From Candidatus Multivorans sp. (lineage in GTDB: Bacteria; Acidobacteriota; Thermoanaerobaculia; Multivoradales; Multivoraceae): a stretch of DNA of 64,000 bases. The stretch lies in the NCBI GenBank assembly GCA_965224025.1, contig OZ245033.1:704001-768000 (forward strand). The letters run 5' to 3'. Numbering within the stretch: the stretch's first letter is position 1; each line of letters opens with the position of its first letter. Position numbers and translations under genes: made by a program. The notes beneath the pieces were generated by a model. It saw nothing but the letters and a program-made list of their open reading frames with translations. It was not told where the DNA came from and did no database searches. This document shows, one piece after another, positions 30,252-39,690 of the stretch.

Positions 30252-30817
30252 TCCGCCCCCTCAAGAGACAGTCGCCTCCCGCCGCTTCGGGGCAGGCGGA
30301 GGTGGTCGTGCGGCCGGCGTCGCCGGCCGACGCTCCCTTCCTCCGGCGCTGGCGTTCCGAGCCGGCGGTGCGCCGCTTCCAGCCGCTGCACAACGTGTCC
30401 GTGTCCCGACTGCGAGCGGATCTGGCGTCGCAGCGTCCCCGGGACGTCTACCGCGGCCGGGGCGACCGCTACACCTGGCTGGTCGAGTCCGATGGCGAAC
30501 GCGCGGGATGGATCACGCTGGCGATCGTGAACTGGGAGCACGGGCTGAGCGAACTGGGGTACGCCCTGGCGACGCGCCACCATGGCCGCGGCACGATGAC
30601 CGCGGCATTGGGACAGTTGCTGCCCGAGCTTCTGCTCCGCACGCCAGTGCAACGCATCGAAGCGAGGTGCGCGGTCGACAACAAAGCGTCGCGGAAAGTG
30701 CTGGAGAAACTGGGGTTCGTTCACGAGGGCCTGCTCCGCTCGTACTTCGTCCTGCAGGGCCGCCGCACCGACCATCACCTGTACGCACTCCTGCGCGAGG
30801 ACTACATCCCCTCCTAG
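30248..30817 (+). CDS. GNAT acetyltransferase (RimJ/RimL-like)
   Basis: ELGYAL...HGRG, N.ASRKVLEKLGF.HEG.LR; GTG overlaps the upstream stop. Confidence 0.88.
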   Translation: MIRPLKRQSPPAASGQAEVVVRPASPADAPFLRRWRSEPAVRRFQPLHNVSVSRLRADLASQRPRDVYRGRGDRYTWLVESDGERAGWITLAIVNWEHGLSELGYALATRHHGRGTMTAALGQLLPELLLRTPVQRIEARCAVDNKASRKVLEKLGFVHEGLLRSYFVLQGRRTDHHLYALLREDYIPS

Positions 30818-30938
30818 GCGTCAGCGCAGCGCGTGCGCTGCGCTGACGCGCAGGGAACTGGCCGCGTACGCTGCTAGCCCCTCGCGGGTTGTACGCGCTA
30901 CAGTTGCCAACCTTGGATCGTCAGTTGTGGAGGTACGA

Positions 30939-31445
30939 ATGGTGAGCACTGGAACGGGGCAGGACGCGCGGCCGTCGCCTGCCGACTCCGCGCTGGAGAA
31001 CCTCGCAGCGGGCATCGCGTTGTTCTACGAGGGCCGGGTCGCCGAGGCCAGGGCTAGGTTCGAAGACGTGGTCACGGCCGGCGGCGAGAGCCGGTTCGTC
31101 ATTCGCGCAAAGGACTATCTTGCGGCATGCGAGCGCGCCGAGACACCGGCGTCCGGGCGCCCGGACGACGCCTTCATCGAGGCCGTGATGGCCAGGAACG
31201 ACGGCGACCTGGAGCGCACTCTCGAGCTTTGCGATGGCGGTGGGCGAGACCAGGATGACCGTTTCCTCTATCTGGCCGCGTGCGTGCGGGCAATGACGGG
31301 AGAACCGGAAGCCGCCCTCGACCTGTTGACGAAGGCGGTGGAACTCGACCCGAAGAACCGGGTTCGGGCGTACCACGACAGCGATTTCTCGTCACTGGAC
31401 GAGGACGAGCGCTTCTTGAAACTCGTCCATGACCTGAGCGCCTGA
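30939..31445 (+). CDS. TPR-like protein
   Basis: YLAAC...GEPEAALDLL.KAVELDP..R..A..DSDF.SL (TPR-end type C-terminus); RBS ggagg. Confidence 0.75.
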   Translation: MVSTGTGQDARPSPADSALENLAAGIALFYEGRVAEARARFEDVVTAGGESRFVIRAKDYLAACERAETPASGRPDDAFIEAVMARNDGDLERTLELCDGGGRDQDDRFLYLAACVRAMTGEPEAALDLLTKAVELDPKNRVRAYHDSDFSSLDEDERFLKLVHDLSA

Positions 31446-31446
31446 C

Positions 31447-32814
31447 GTGGCCGACGTCGCCGGCGCGGCCGTCATTCTCGCTGCCGGCGGCGGCGAGCGG
31501 CTGCGCTCGGAACGGCCCAAGGTCTTGCATCGCGTCGGCGGCAGAGCCCTCGTGGCGTGGGTTGTTGCTGCCGCGCGCGAGGCCGGTTGCACGCCCATCC
31601 ATCTGGTCGTCGGAAGCGGAGCGGAGGAGATCCGTTCGGTCCTCGAGGAAGAGGAGCTCGGCGGCCGGGACATCGTCTGGGTGGAGCAGCGGCAGCAGAA
31701 GGGCACGGGACACGCGCTCCTGATGGTCCGCGAGGTTCTGCGTGCCGACGCAGCCATTCTGGTCCTCTCCGGCGACGCGCCCCTGGTGCGGCCGGCGACT
31801 CTCCGGGAACTTCTCGGCCGCGCCCGCGACGGCTGGGGCAGCGTCGCAGTGGCCGATCTGGACGACCCGGGCGGTCTCGGTCGGGTGGTCCAGAGGAACG
31901 GATGGTTGGAGCGGATCGTGGAGGCGGCGGACGCCGGCGAGCGGGAGCTCGCGATTCGAACGGTCAACGTCGGGCACTACGCGCTGCCCGCTCCGGCGAT
32001 CTTCGACTGGTTGGAGAAGCTCGATACCAATAACGCCCAGGGCGAGTTCTACCTGACCGACGCCGTCTCCGCGGCCGCGCGCGAGAGTCCGGTTGCCTGC
32101 GTCAGGGTGGAGGACGCCTCGGAAGTGCTCGGCGTCAACTCGCGGGCCGAACTCGCCGCCGTCCAGCGCGTCCTCTACCGTCGCAGCGTCGATTTGCTTC
32201 TTGAAGCCGGGGTCACGATTCTCGATCCGGAGAGCGTGTGGGTGGACGCGGGCGTGACCGTCGGTCCGGACTCGGTGCTGCACCCCGGCGTCACCCTGCT
32301 GGGCGCCAGCCATGTGGGGCGCGGCTGTGCCGTTCACACGGGCGCCTGGCTGCGCGACAGCGTCCTCGCCGACGAAGTCGATGTACTGCCCTACTCGGTT
32401 CTCGACGGCGCCCGCGTCGCCTCGGGCTGCAGCGTCGGCCCCTTCGCCCGCTTGCGGCCGGAGGCGGTCCTGGACGAGGGCGCCCGGGTCGGCAACTTCG
32501 TCGAAGTGAAGAAGTCGATCCTTGGGCCGGGCGTCAAGGCTTCCCACCTCGCCTACCTGGGCGATACGTCGGTCGGCGCGGGCGCCAACATCGGCGCCGG
32601 AGTCATCACCTGCAACTACGACGGCAAGACGAAGAACCGCACGGTGATCGGCGAGGGAGCGTTCGTCGGCAGCGACACGATCCTGATCGCGCCGGTCGAG
32701 GTCGGCGCCGGGGGTTACACGGGCGCCGGTTCGGTGATCACCCGGGATGTGCCGGAGGAGACCCTTGCCGTCGGCCGCGCGCGCCAGAAGAACATCAAGC
32801 GCCGGCCGCGGTGA
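31447..32814 (+). CDS. glmU: Bifunctional UDP-GlcNAc pyrophosphorylase/GlcN-1-P acetyltransferase
   Basis: LAAG.G.R..S..PKVLH, NAQGEFYLTD, GPFARLRP, GNFVEVK, CNYDGK. Confidence 0.97.
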   Translation: MADVAGAAVILAAGGGERLRSERPKVLHRVGGRALVAWVVAAAREAGCTPIHLVVGSGAEEIRSVLEEEELGGRDIVWVEQRQQKGTGHALLMVREVLRADAAILVLSGDAPLVRPATLRELLGRARDGWGSVAVADLDDPGGLGRVVQRNGWLERIVEAADAGERELAIRTVNVGHYALPAPAIFDWLEKLDTNNAQGEFYLTDAVSAAARESPVACVRVEDASEVLGVNSRAELAAVQRVLYRRSVDLLLEAGVTILDPESVWVDAGVTVGPDSVLHPGVTLLGASHVGRGCAVHTGAWLRDSVLADEVDVLPYSVLDGARVASGCSVGPFARLRPEAVLDEGARVGNFVEVKKSILGPGVKASHLAYLGDTSVGAGANIGAGVITCNYDGKTKNRTVIGEGAFVGSDTILIAPVEVGAGGYTGAGSVITRDVPEETLAVGRARQKNIKRRPR

Positions 32815-32843
32815 CCCACCGCGGCGGCAAGGGCTGAACCGGC

Positions 32844-35267
32844 ATGGCGACCCGTGAGGGTGACTGCGCCCCGCATGTGGACTTCCGTTCCCGTCTGAAC
32901 CAGGAACAGTTGGCGGCGGTCACCCACGACGGCGGGCCGCAGCTCGTGATCGCCGGCGCCGGGTCGGGCAAGACACGGGTCATCACCTACCGGATCGCGT
33001 GGCTGATCGCCGAGCGAGAGGTCGAGCCGTGGCGGATCGCGGCGGTGACCTTCACGAACAAGGCGGCGGACGAGATGCGCGAACGCGTCCTCGACCTGGT
33101 CGGCGCCAACGCGAACCCGGTTGGCGCGCCCCCGCGCCAACCGCGAACCGGTCCCCGCGCTCGTCAGCGGGCGCGGGGACGGAACGTTTTCGTCGGCACC
33201 TTCCACCGGTTCTGCGTGCGCCTGCTGCGCCGCTACGGCGACCGCGTCGGGCTCCAGTCCGGCTTCGCGATCGTGGACGCGCCGGACCAGTTGCGGTTGA
33301 TCAAGGCGGCTCTCTTGGCGGAGGACCTCGACGAGCGGACGTTTCAGCCCCGCGCGGTCCAGGGCCGGATCAGCGCCGCCAAGAACCGTCTGCTGACGCC
33401 CGCCGCGTTCGAGCGCGGGGCCGAGGACTTCTTCGACCGTCATGTCGCCGTCGTCTACCGCCGCTACCAGGCTGAACTGCGCCGGGCCGGCGGCGTCGAC
33501 TTCGACGATCTGATCGCGCTCGCGGTGCGGCTGCTGCGCGATGAAGCGGAGATCGGCGCGCGCGTCCGTGGACGCTTCCGTCACCTGCTCGTCGACGAGT
33601 TCCAGGACACGAATACGGCCCAGCTCGAACTGATCAAGAACCTCGTTCTCGACCCCGACGGCTCAGTCTCCGGGTTGACCGCGGTCGGCGACGAGGACCA
33701 GAGCATCTACGGCTGGCGGGGGGCCGAGATCGACAACCTGCTGCGCTTCGAGCGCCACTTCCCGGGTTCTCACGTCCGCAAGCTGGAGCGCAACTACCGC
33801 TCGACCCAGAACATCCTCGACGCCTCGGGGGCCGTGATCGCGCGCAACGAGGAGCGGCGCGGCAAGACGCTGTGGACGGATACGGGCGCGGGCGATCCCC
33901 TGCGGCTCTTCTTTGCCGCCGATCACGAGGACGAGGCGCGTTGGGTGGTGAGGCAGATCGCGGCGCTTCGCAACGACGGCTTCGAATTCGGCGACATGGC
34001 GGTACTCGTGCGCACCAACGCCCAGACGCGGGCGATCGAAGACCAGATGCTGCGGAGCGACGTCCCGTACTGCCTTGTCGCCGGCGTCCGGTTCTACGAG
34101 CGTGCCGAGGTCAAGGATATGGCCGCGTACCTTCGGGTGGTCAACAACCCGCGGGACAACCTGTCTCTGCGGCGGATCCTGAACCAGCCGCGGCGGGGCA
34201 TCGGCCGCAAGACCGAGGCGTTCCTGCTGGTCCGGGCGGCGAAGATGGGCCATTCCCTGTGGGACGCGATCCGACTCGACCCGCTGCAGGAGCTGCCGGC
34301 GCGGCGCCGGCGTGCGGTCAATGGCTTTCGGGGCCTGATCGAGGCGCTCCGGAAGGAAGCCGAGCGCCAGCCGCTGGCCGAACTCGTGCGGGGGACGATC
34401 GTCGCAGCCGGGTTCGAGTCCCTGTACGGCAAGGGCGACGAGGAGGGACGGGAGCGGCTCGACAACCTCGGGGAACTGGTCTCCTCGGCGCGGGACTTCC
34501 AGACCCGCTACGGCCGTGAGGACCTGCCCGCCCGGATCCCGGCCGCCGCGGTCCTTACGCCCGGCGATCCCCTGGGCCCGGCTGCCGAGGAACCGGAGGC
34601 GGATCCGCCGACGAGTCCGCTGACGAACTTCCTGGACTACGTTTCGCTCGTCAGCGACACGGACGGCCTGAACGCCGAACTCGGCGTCGCGGTCATGACC
34701 CTGCACAGCGCCAAGGGTCTCGAGTACCCGGCCGTTTGGGTCACCGGCCTCGAGGACGGTCTGCTGCCCCACTTCCACGCCGGGGGCGGCGCGCGGGACA
34801 TCGAGGAGGAGAGAAGGCTGTTCTACGTCGGCATGACCCGCGCCGAGCGGCGGCTGTTCCTGAGCGGCTGCCGCCGCCGGATGGTCGCGGGGGTGTTCAA
34901 GGATCGGCAGCCGTCGCCCTTCCTCATCGACGTGCCGGAGGAACTTGTGGAGACCGCCCAGAGCCCGGGTATCTACGCCGGGCCCCGCACCGCGGGTGTT
35001 CGCAGCTTCTTCAGCGCCGATCGGTCGGTTGGGGTCTCGTACCGGCCGGCGCCGCCCTCGGGCGCCAAGCGTCGACCGCCGGGCGGGCCGTTCAAGCAGG
35101 CGGCCGGCGGCTTGCGGCCGGGTGCGCACGTCCGCCACGCCACCCTGGGCAAGGGCGTGGTCCTGCACCTGGACGGCCAGGGCGAGAACGCCAAGCTGAC
35201 GGTCTTCTTCGACAAGGCCGGCAAACGGAAGCTGGTCCGCCGCTACGCGCCGCTGGAGGTTCTCTGA
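32844..35267 (+). CDS. pcrA: UvrD/PcrA SF1 DNA helicase
   Basis: AGAGSGKT, FTNKAA, DEFQDTN, VGDEDQSIYGWRGA, NYRST, TLHSAKGLE, EERRLFYVGMTRA, C-terminal Tudor-like domain. Confidence 0.95.
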   Translation: MATREGDCAPHVDFRSRLNQEQLAAVTHDGGPQLVIAGAGSGKTRVITYRIAWLIAEREVEPWRIAAVTFTNKAADEMRERVLDLVGANANPVGAPPRQPRTGPRARQRARGRNVFVGTFHRFCVRLLRRYGDRVGLQSGFAIVDAPDQLRLIKAALLAEDLDERTFQPRAVQGRISAAKNRLLTPAAFERGAEDFFDRHVAVVYRRYQAELRRAGGVDFDDLIALAVRLLRDEAEIGARVRGRFRHLLVDEFQDTNTAQLELIKNLVLDPDGSVSGLTAVGDEDQSIYGWRGAEIDNLLRFERHFPGSHVRKLERNYRSTQNILDASGAVIARNEERRGKTLWTDTGAGDPLRLFFAADHEDEARWVVRQIAALRNDGFEFGDMAVLVRTNAQTRAIEDQMLRSDVPYCLVAGVRFYERAEVKDMAAYLRVVNNPRDNLSLRRILNQPRRGIGRKTEAFLLVRAAKMGHSLWDAIRLDPLQELPARRRRAVNGFRGLIEALRKEAERQPLAELVRGTIVAAGFESLYGKGDEEGRERLDNLGELVSSARDFQTRYGREDLPARIPAAAVLTPGDPLGPAAEEPEADPPTSPLTNFLDYVSLVSDTDGLNAELGVAVMTLHSAKGLEYPAVWVTGLEDGLLPHFHAGGGARDIEEERRLFYVGMTRAERRLFLSGCRRRMVAGVFKDRQPSPFLIDVPEELVETAQSPGIYAGPRTAGVRSFFSADRSVGVSYRPAPPSGAKRRPPGGPFKQAAGGLRPGAHVRHATLGKGVVLHLDGQGENAKLTVFFDKAGKRKLVRRYAPLEVL
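33113..33185 (+). repeat. Family B palindromic element inside pcrA (in frame)
   Basis: Aligns without gaps to intergenic 7291-7363; translates as NPVGAPPRQPRTGPRARQRARGRN. Confidence 0.85.
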
Positions 35268-35468
35268 GCATCGGGGAATACAGACTTGGGTAGACGGCCG
35301 GTGGATGAGAGCCGTCGCTCTCCTGGTGGTTGTAGTGGCTTGTCCGATGCTGAGTCCCTCTCTGCCAACGTACGTGACACAGTCGTCGGAAGCTCACCTC
35401 CATCTGGAGCGTTCTCCACACCAGCCGCCCCATCACTGGGACAGCCAACGACACCCAACGGAGCAAGC

Positions 35469-36389
35469 GTGCGAAACCTCCTGCTGGCAATCGCCATGGC
35501 AGTCACATTCGGATCGGCCGGAATGGGCCAAGAGATGCCACCACTTCCAGAGACATGGGGGCGCTACTGGCCGGATTGGGGGCACGAATGGATGTCTGTG
35601 TCGGTGGCGCTGAATCCTGACGGCAGCGTGTCGTCAAAGCTGCCCGACAAGTCCCGCGAGAAGTTCGAGGAACAGATAGCGAAATTCGAGCGGCTGTTCG
35701 GCTCCGCTTCCGAGCATGGACTCGAGGAGGGCGTCGTAGCGCCCAAGAAGTTCTGTCCGCCCGAAGGCACCATCGCCTGGGGCAACAAGATTGCGGAGAA
35801 TCTGGGATCCATCCTGCTTCTGTCCGAAGTAGCGGTGAAGGCGACGATCGACTCGGTGTCGCTCGGATTCGGCACGGGCGGTTATCCAAAGGCCCTCATA
35901 GGCCTCACGGACGTGGAGCCTCTGAGGAGCCGTTCTCCAGTGCCCGAGTACGCGGTGTTCCCGATTGGGCAACTGGTAGCCCACGGCCATGTGTTCTGTG
36001 GACATCGGGGACAGATCGGGACAGGAGAGTACCGAGGTCCGTATCAGCCGCGAGTTGGTTCGCAGATCGTCCTGATCGGAGGCTGGCGAGACGGCACGGT
36101 GTTCCTGGGTTCATCGGACGCCTGGTATGCGGAGTTGAACGACGGCGCTCTCGAATGGAGGTTCGGAGGGTACGAGGGAAGGACACTCGAAGACGTGACG
36201 AACCTCATCTCGAGGCTCGAGACGAGGGGTTTGTTTGAGCAAACGGACCACTTGGCCAGGGCCGAACAGCACTCAAAGGAGCGGGTGCGGTTCGGGCAGG
36301 CGTGGGGAAGGGCAGTTCGACGTGGCTGCGAGCCGGCCGTCATCAATCGTGAAGGCGGCGAAATCGTTGACTGCGAGATCGAGCAGTGA
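35469..36389 (+). CDS. Hypothetical secreted protein
   Basis: Signal peptide VRNLLLAIAMAVTFGSAGMG; visibly lower GC than the flanks; no family recognised. Confidence 0.65.
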   Translation: MRNLLLAIAMAVTFGSAGMGQEMPPLPETWGRYWPDWGHEWMSVSVALNPDGSVSSKLPDKSREKFEEQIAKFERLFGSASEHGLEEGVVAPKKFCPPEGTIAWGNKIAENLGSILLLSEVAVKATIDSVSLGFGTGGYPKALIGLTDVEPLRSRSPVPEYAVFPIGQLVAHGHVFCGHRGQIGTGEYRGPYQPRVGSQIVLIGGWRDGTVFLGSSDAWYAELNDGALEWRFGGYEGRTLEDVTNLISRLETRGLFEQTDHLARAEQHSKERVRFGQAWGRAVRRGCEPAVINREGGEIVDCEIEQ

Positions 36390-37600
36390 TCGTTCGGGCG
36401 GTTCTCCTGGCCCTCATCACATCCAGTCTCTCGACGACAACCGAAGCCCACGCCCAACAGACGACGCAGTGCACCCTCAAGAGGGACCAGAATCGAGCGA
36501 CCTGAACCCGTTCCACGGAGACTGCCCGCCGGACTGCAAGCTGTTTCCGTCTGACCCGCGATGCGGGGACGTCACGTACGAAGTCTGCTGGGGCCGATAC
36601 GTGGATACGGATGGCGACGGAGAGCTCGAATGCGTACCGGCGGAGTTGAGTGGCATGAGCCGGGACTTCAACTGCAAGGTCTACGAATCAGGCGATCCCC
36701 CGAACAACGATGGGCCACGGGGCGCTTCCGATTCCACGCCCACCTGGGGCTGCACGAATCTGAGCGGCACCCTTGACGACTCGTTGGAGAAGTCTTCCGG
36801 CGGGAACCCACACGCTCCCGGTGTACCCGTTCGCCGACGGAACAGGCGACTACACGCTGGCCGTGACGTATGTCGCCGACCCTCTTCCGTCGCCGATCGC
36901 GAAGATCCTGCCGTTCACCAGTGAAGTCACGACCCATTCGTCGAGCACGTTCAGGTTCTCGCTGACCGAGAGCACCGACATCACGGTGCTGATCTCGGAA
37001 CTGACCGCGGACTTCGACTGCCGCGTTGAGCCCGAGACGGAGTGCTCCAACAACCGCGGAACTCTCGACGACTCGTGGTCTGGAACGCTCGAGTCCGCGA
37101 CTCACTCGTTGACCGTGTACCGCACGACCGTGCCAGCGGCTTCTTCAAGCTCGCCGTCTACAGAACCGGTGAGCCGCCGCCAGCGGAGGACTCCGACGAG
37201 GACGACGATTCGGACGACGACGAGGATGGCGATGACGACCCGGACCCGCCCGGCGCCCCGACGCTTTCGGGCAGCGTCACCGTCACGAGCACATCCTGAC
37301 CTGGACCGCGCCGACGAGAAGCAGCGACATCACGGGCTACCGGTTGGAGTCCCGAGCCTCCGCAACCACGAACTGGAGTTCCCCGACGGGTGGTTCCGCG
37401 ACCGCATCAAGCCTGAGTGCCACCACACTGACGTGGAACATCGTCACTTCGGCCTCGGCGGTTCGGTTCTACCGGGTTGTAGCGTCCAACGAGGACGGAG
37501 AAGGCCCGTGGTCCAACGAGATCAAGCTGGAGTCCGACGGCCCGCATGACCCGGCACTATCGGGTCAGAGCCTCCAACGCCGGCGGCAGCGGGGCCTGGT
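36386..37600 (+). pseudogene. Frameshifted secreted protein with beta-sandwich (PPC-like) repeats, acidic linker and fibronectin type III domain
   Basis: Signal peptide (GTGA overlap, AHA site); protein-like segments in several frames, with repeated L.....DF.C.V...C.N..GTLDDS and FN3-like LTWTAP..ITGYRLE..YRVVASNEDGEGPWS. Confidence 0.7.
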
Positions 37601-37756
37601 CGAACGAAGTGGTCCTGACTTCGGGCGGGTGAACCGTACCGAGTGGTCGGGGAACTACGGTAGTCAGTACACCCGTCACCCCACGACCGCCGCTTGGCAA
37701 CCACCCCTATAGGCCCCTGAGCAGCGGCCTGCTGCTACACTCCGGCGCCTGCCTGT

Positions 37757-37830
37757 CGGGGCGTGGCGCAGTCTGGTAGCGCACCTGCCTTGGGCGCAGG
37801 GGGTCCTCAGTTCAAATCTGGGCGCCCCGA
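37757..37830 (+). tRNA. tRNA-Pro(TGG)
   Basis: Acceptor cggggcg/cgccccg, anticodon arm cctgc-cttgggc-gcagg, T-loop ttcaaat; no encoded CCA. Confidence 0.93.
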
Positions 37831-37873
37831 TATCGCTCGCATGCCCGGGCCTCGGCTACCCTGTCGCTTTCAC

Positions 37874-37950
37874 CTGCCTGTAGCTCAGATGGATAGAGCG
37901 GCGGCCTTCTAAGCCGCGGGTCGGGGGTTCGAGTCCCTCCAGGCAGGCCA
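37874..37950 (+). tRNA. tRNA-Arg(TCT)
   Basis: Anticodon arm gcggc-cttctaa-gccgc, ggttcgagtcc, CCA end. Confidence 0.95.
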
Positions 37951-37979
37951 GTCGCCTTGGAGTTCAGTCGGATAAGTCT

Positions 37980-38056
37980 GGTGGGTGTAGCTCAACCGGT
38001 AGAGCACTTGATTGTGGTTCAAGTGGTTGGGGGTTCAAGTCCCCTCACCCACCCCA
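37980..38056 (+). tRNA. tRNA-His(GTG)
   Basis: Anticodon arm cttga-ttgtggt-tcaag, G-1 present, C discriminator, CCA. Confidence 0.95.
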
Positions 38057-38083
38057 TGTCCGTTTTCGTTTCCTCCCATTCAC

Positions 38084-38160
38084 GCGCCCGTAGCTCAGCT
38101 GGATAGAGCGACGGCCTCCGGAGCCGTAGGTCAGGGGTTCGAATCCCTTCGGGCGCGCCA
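38084..38160 (+). tRNA. tRNA-Arg(CCG)
   Basis: Anticodon arm acggc-ctccgga-gccgt, ggttcgaatcc, CCA. Confidence 0.95.
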
Positions 38161-38253
38161 CATTCCTGCAGACCTCCTTAGGGGAAGTTGCAGGCGCGCA
38201 GCAGAAGAAGGAGGAGGAGCGAGGCTTGCGCCTCGCGCTGTGCTTCTCGGAAA

Positions 38254-38305
38254 GCCGGTCTCCGGCCGGCGTCAGGCGCGCCGCCGCGAAGCGGCGCGCG
38301 CGAGC
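38254..38305. repeat. Extended family A REP; inverted partner of 39424-39475
   Basis: Reverse complement matches 39424-39475 at 48 of 52 positions (manual alignment). Confidence 0.85.
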
Positions 38306-38338
38306 CGTATGCTCTGACGAGATATCGACCCGGCACCG

Positions 38339-39424
38339 ATGACGACCACCGAAACGACACCGTCCAGACCCCTCCGAATCCTCCTGGTTCGCCTTTCGGC
38401 AATCGGCGACTGCCTGCACGCGGCGCCGGTGGCGGCGGCGCTTCGCCGCGCGCATCCGGGGGCGTTCATCGGCTGGGCGATCCAGGAGCCTGCCGCGACC
38501 CTCTTGCGGGGCTGCCCCGGCGTCGACTGCTTTCATGTCTACCCTCGCCGGGGCCGCGGCATTGCGGCGCGGCTTGAGGCGTTCCGCCGCTTTCGCCGCG
38601 AACTCAGAAGCTGCCGCTACGACGCTGCAATCGATGTCCAGGGTCTCACGAAGAGTGGGCTGGTGGCTTGGTGGAGCGGCGCCCGGCAGCGAGTGGGCTT
38701 TCGCGGTGGACCGGCGATGGGCAGCCGGGAGCTGAATGCCCTGTTTCTGAACCGACGCTTCGCCGTTGACCCTGCCGTGACCCACGTCGTCGACCGCAAC
38801 CTGGCGCTGGTCCGCGCCTCGGGATTGGCCGGCAAGAAAGCCCCGATCGCGGAGTGGCGGCTGCCCGACTACGCAAAGCCCGAGGCCCTCGTCTTTCTCG
38901 AGCGCCACGGCCTGGGCGCCGGTGGCTATGCGGTGGTATCGCCCGGGACGATCTGGCGCACGAAGCACTGGCCGCCGGGCCATTTTGCGGCCGCGGTGCG
39001 GCGCTTGGCGCGGGAGCGCGGCTTGCCGGTGGTCGTCGTCTGGGCGGGCGAGGAGGAACGTCGGGTGGCGGAGCAGATCGTGGCCGGCGCCGGGGATGGC
39101 TGGCCGATCCTGCTCGCACGGCCGACCGATCTGCGCGAGCTGGCGACCCTGTTGCGGCACGCGGCCCTGTTCCTGGGTTGCGATTCCGGCCCAGCCCATC
39201 TGGCCGCTGCACTCGACGTGCCGTGCGTATCCGTGTTCGGGCCGACGGATCCTGCCCGCAACGGCCCCTACGGGCCGCGGTCCATCGCCGTGCAGATCGA
39301 CCAGCGGCTGGAATGCCAACCATGCTGGCGGCGCACCTGCAGCCGCGGCGACTTCGCGTGTATGGAGCGGTTGGATGCCGACCAGGTCGTGGAGGCTTGC
39401 CTGAGAAAGCTCGACACGGCCTAG
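38339..39424 (+). CDS. GT9 ADP-heptose:LPS heptosyltransferase (WaaC/WaaF-like)
   Basis: ILLVRLSAIGD, DVQGLTKS, K.WP, G.DSGPAHLAAAL, FGPTDP. Confidence 0.9.
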   Translation: MTTTETTPSRPLRILLVRLSAIGDCLHAAPVAAALRRAHPGAFIGWAIQEPAATLLRGCPGVDCFHVYPRRGRGIAARLEAFRRFRRELRSCRYDAAIDVQGLTKSGLVAWWSGARQRVGFRGGPAMGSRELNALFLNRRFAVDPAVTHVVDRNLALVRASGLAGKKAPIAEWRLPDYAKPEALVFLERHGLGAGGYAVVSPGTIWRTKHWPPGHFAAAVRRLARERGLPVVVVWAGEEERRVAEQIVAGAGDGWPILLARPTDLRELATLLRHAALFLGCDSGPAHLAAALDVPCVSVFGPTDPARNGPYGPRSIAVQIDQRLECQPCWRRTCSRGDFACMERLDADQVVEACLRKLDTA

Positions 39425-39690
39425 CTCGCGCGCGCCGCTTCGCGGCCGCGCGTCTGATGCCGGCCGGAGGCCGGCGTACCTGTACCTTTCTCGGGTGGAT
39501 TCTGGTGGGTCGTTGAGAGAGGTGGAATCGACCAGTAGCCGTCGCGGCTGCGGTAGCTGTGGGAAACCGGCTTGCCGGTTTTCCAAGGTCCGGCGGGAAA
39601 CGGTCTGCCGTTTTCCGCGGGACCGGCAGCTTCCGCAGCCGAGACCGCCGGTCGGTTGCGTCTCCGGCCTGCCGGAGTCACTGAAGGAAA

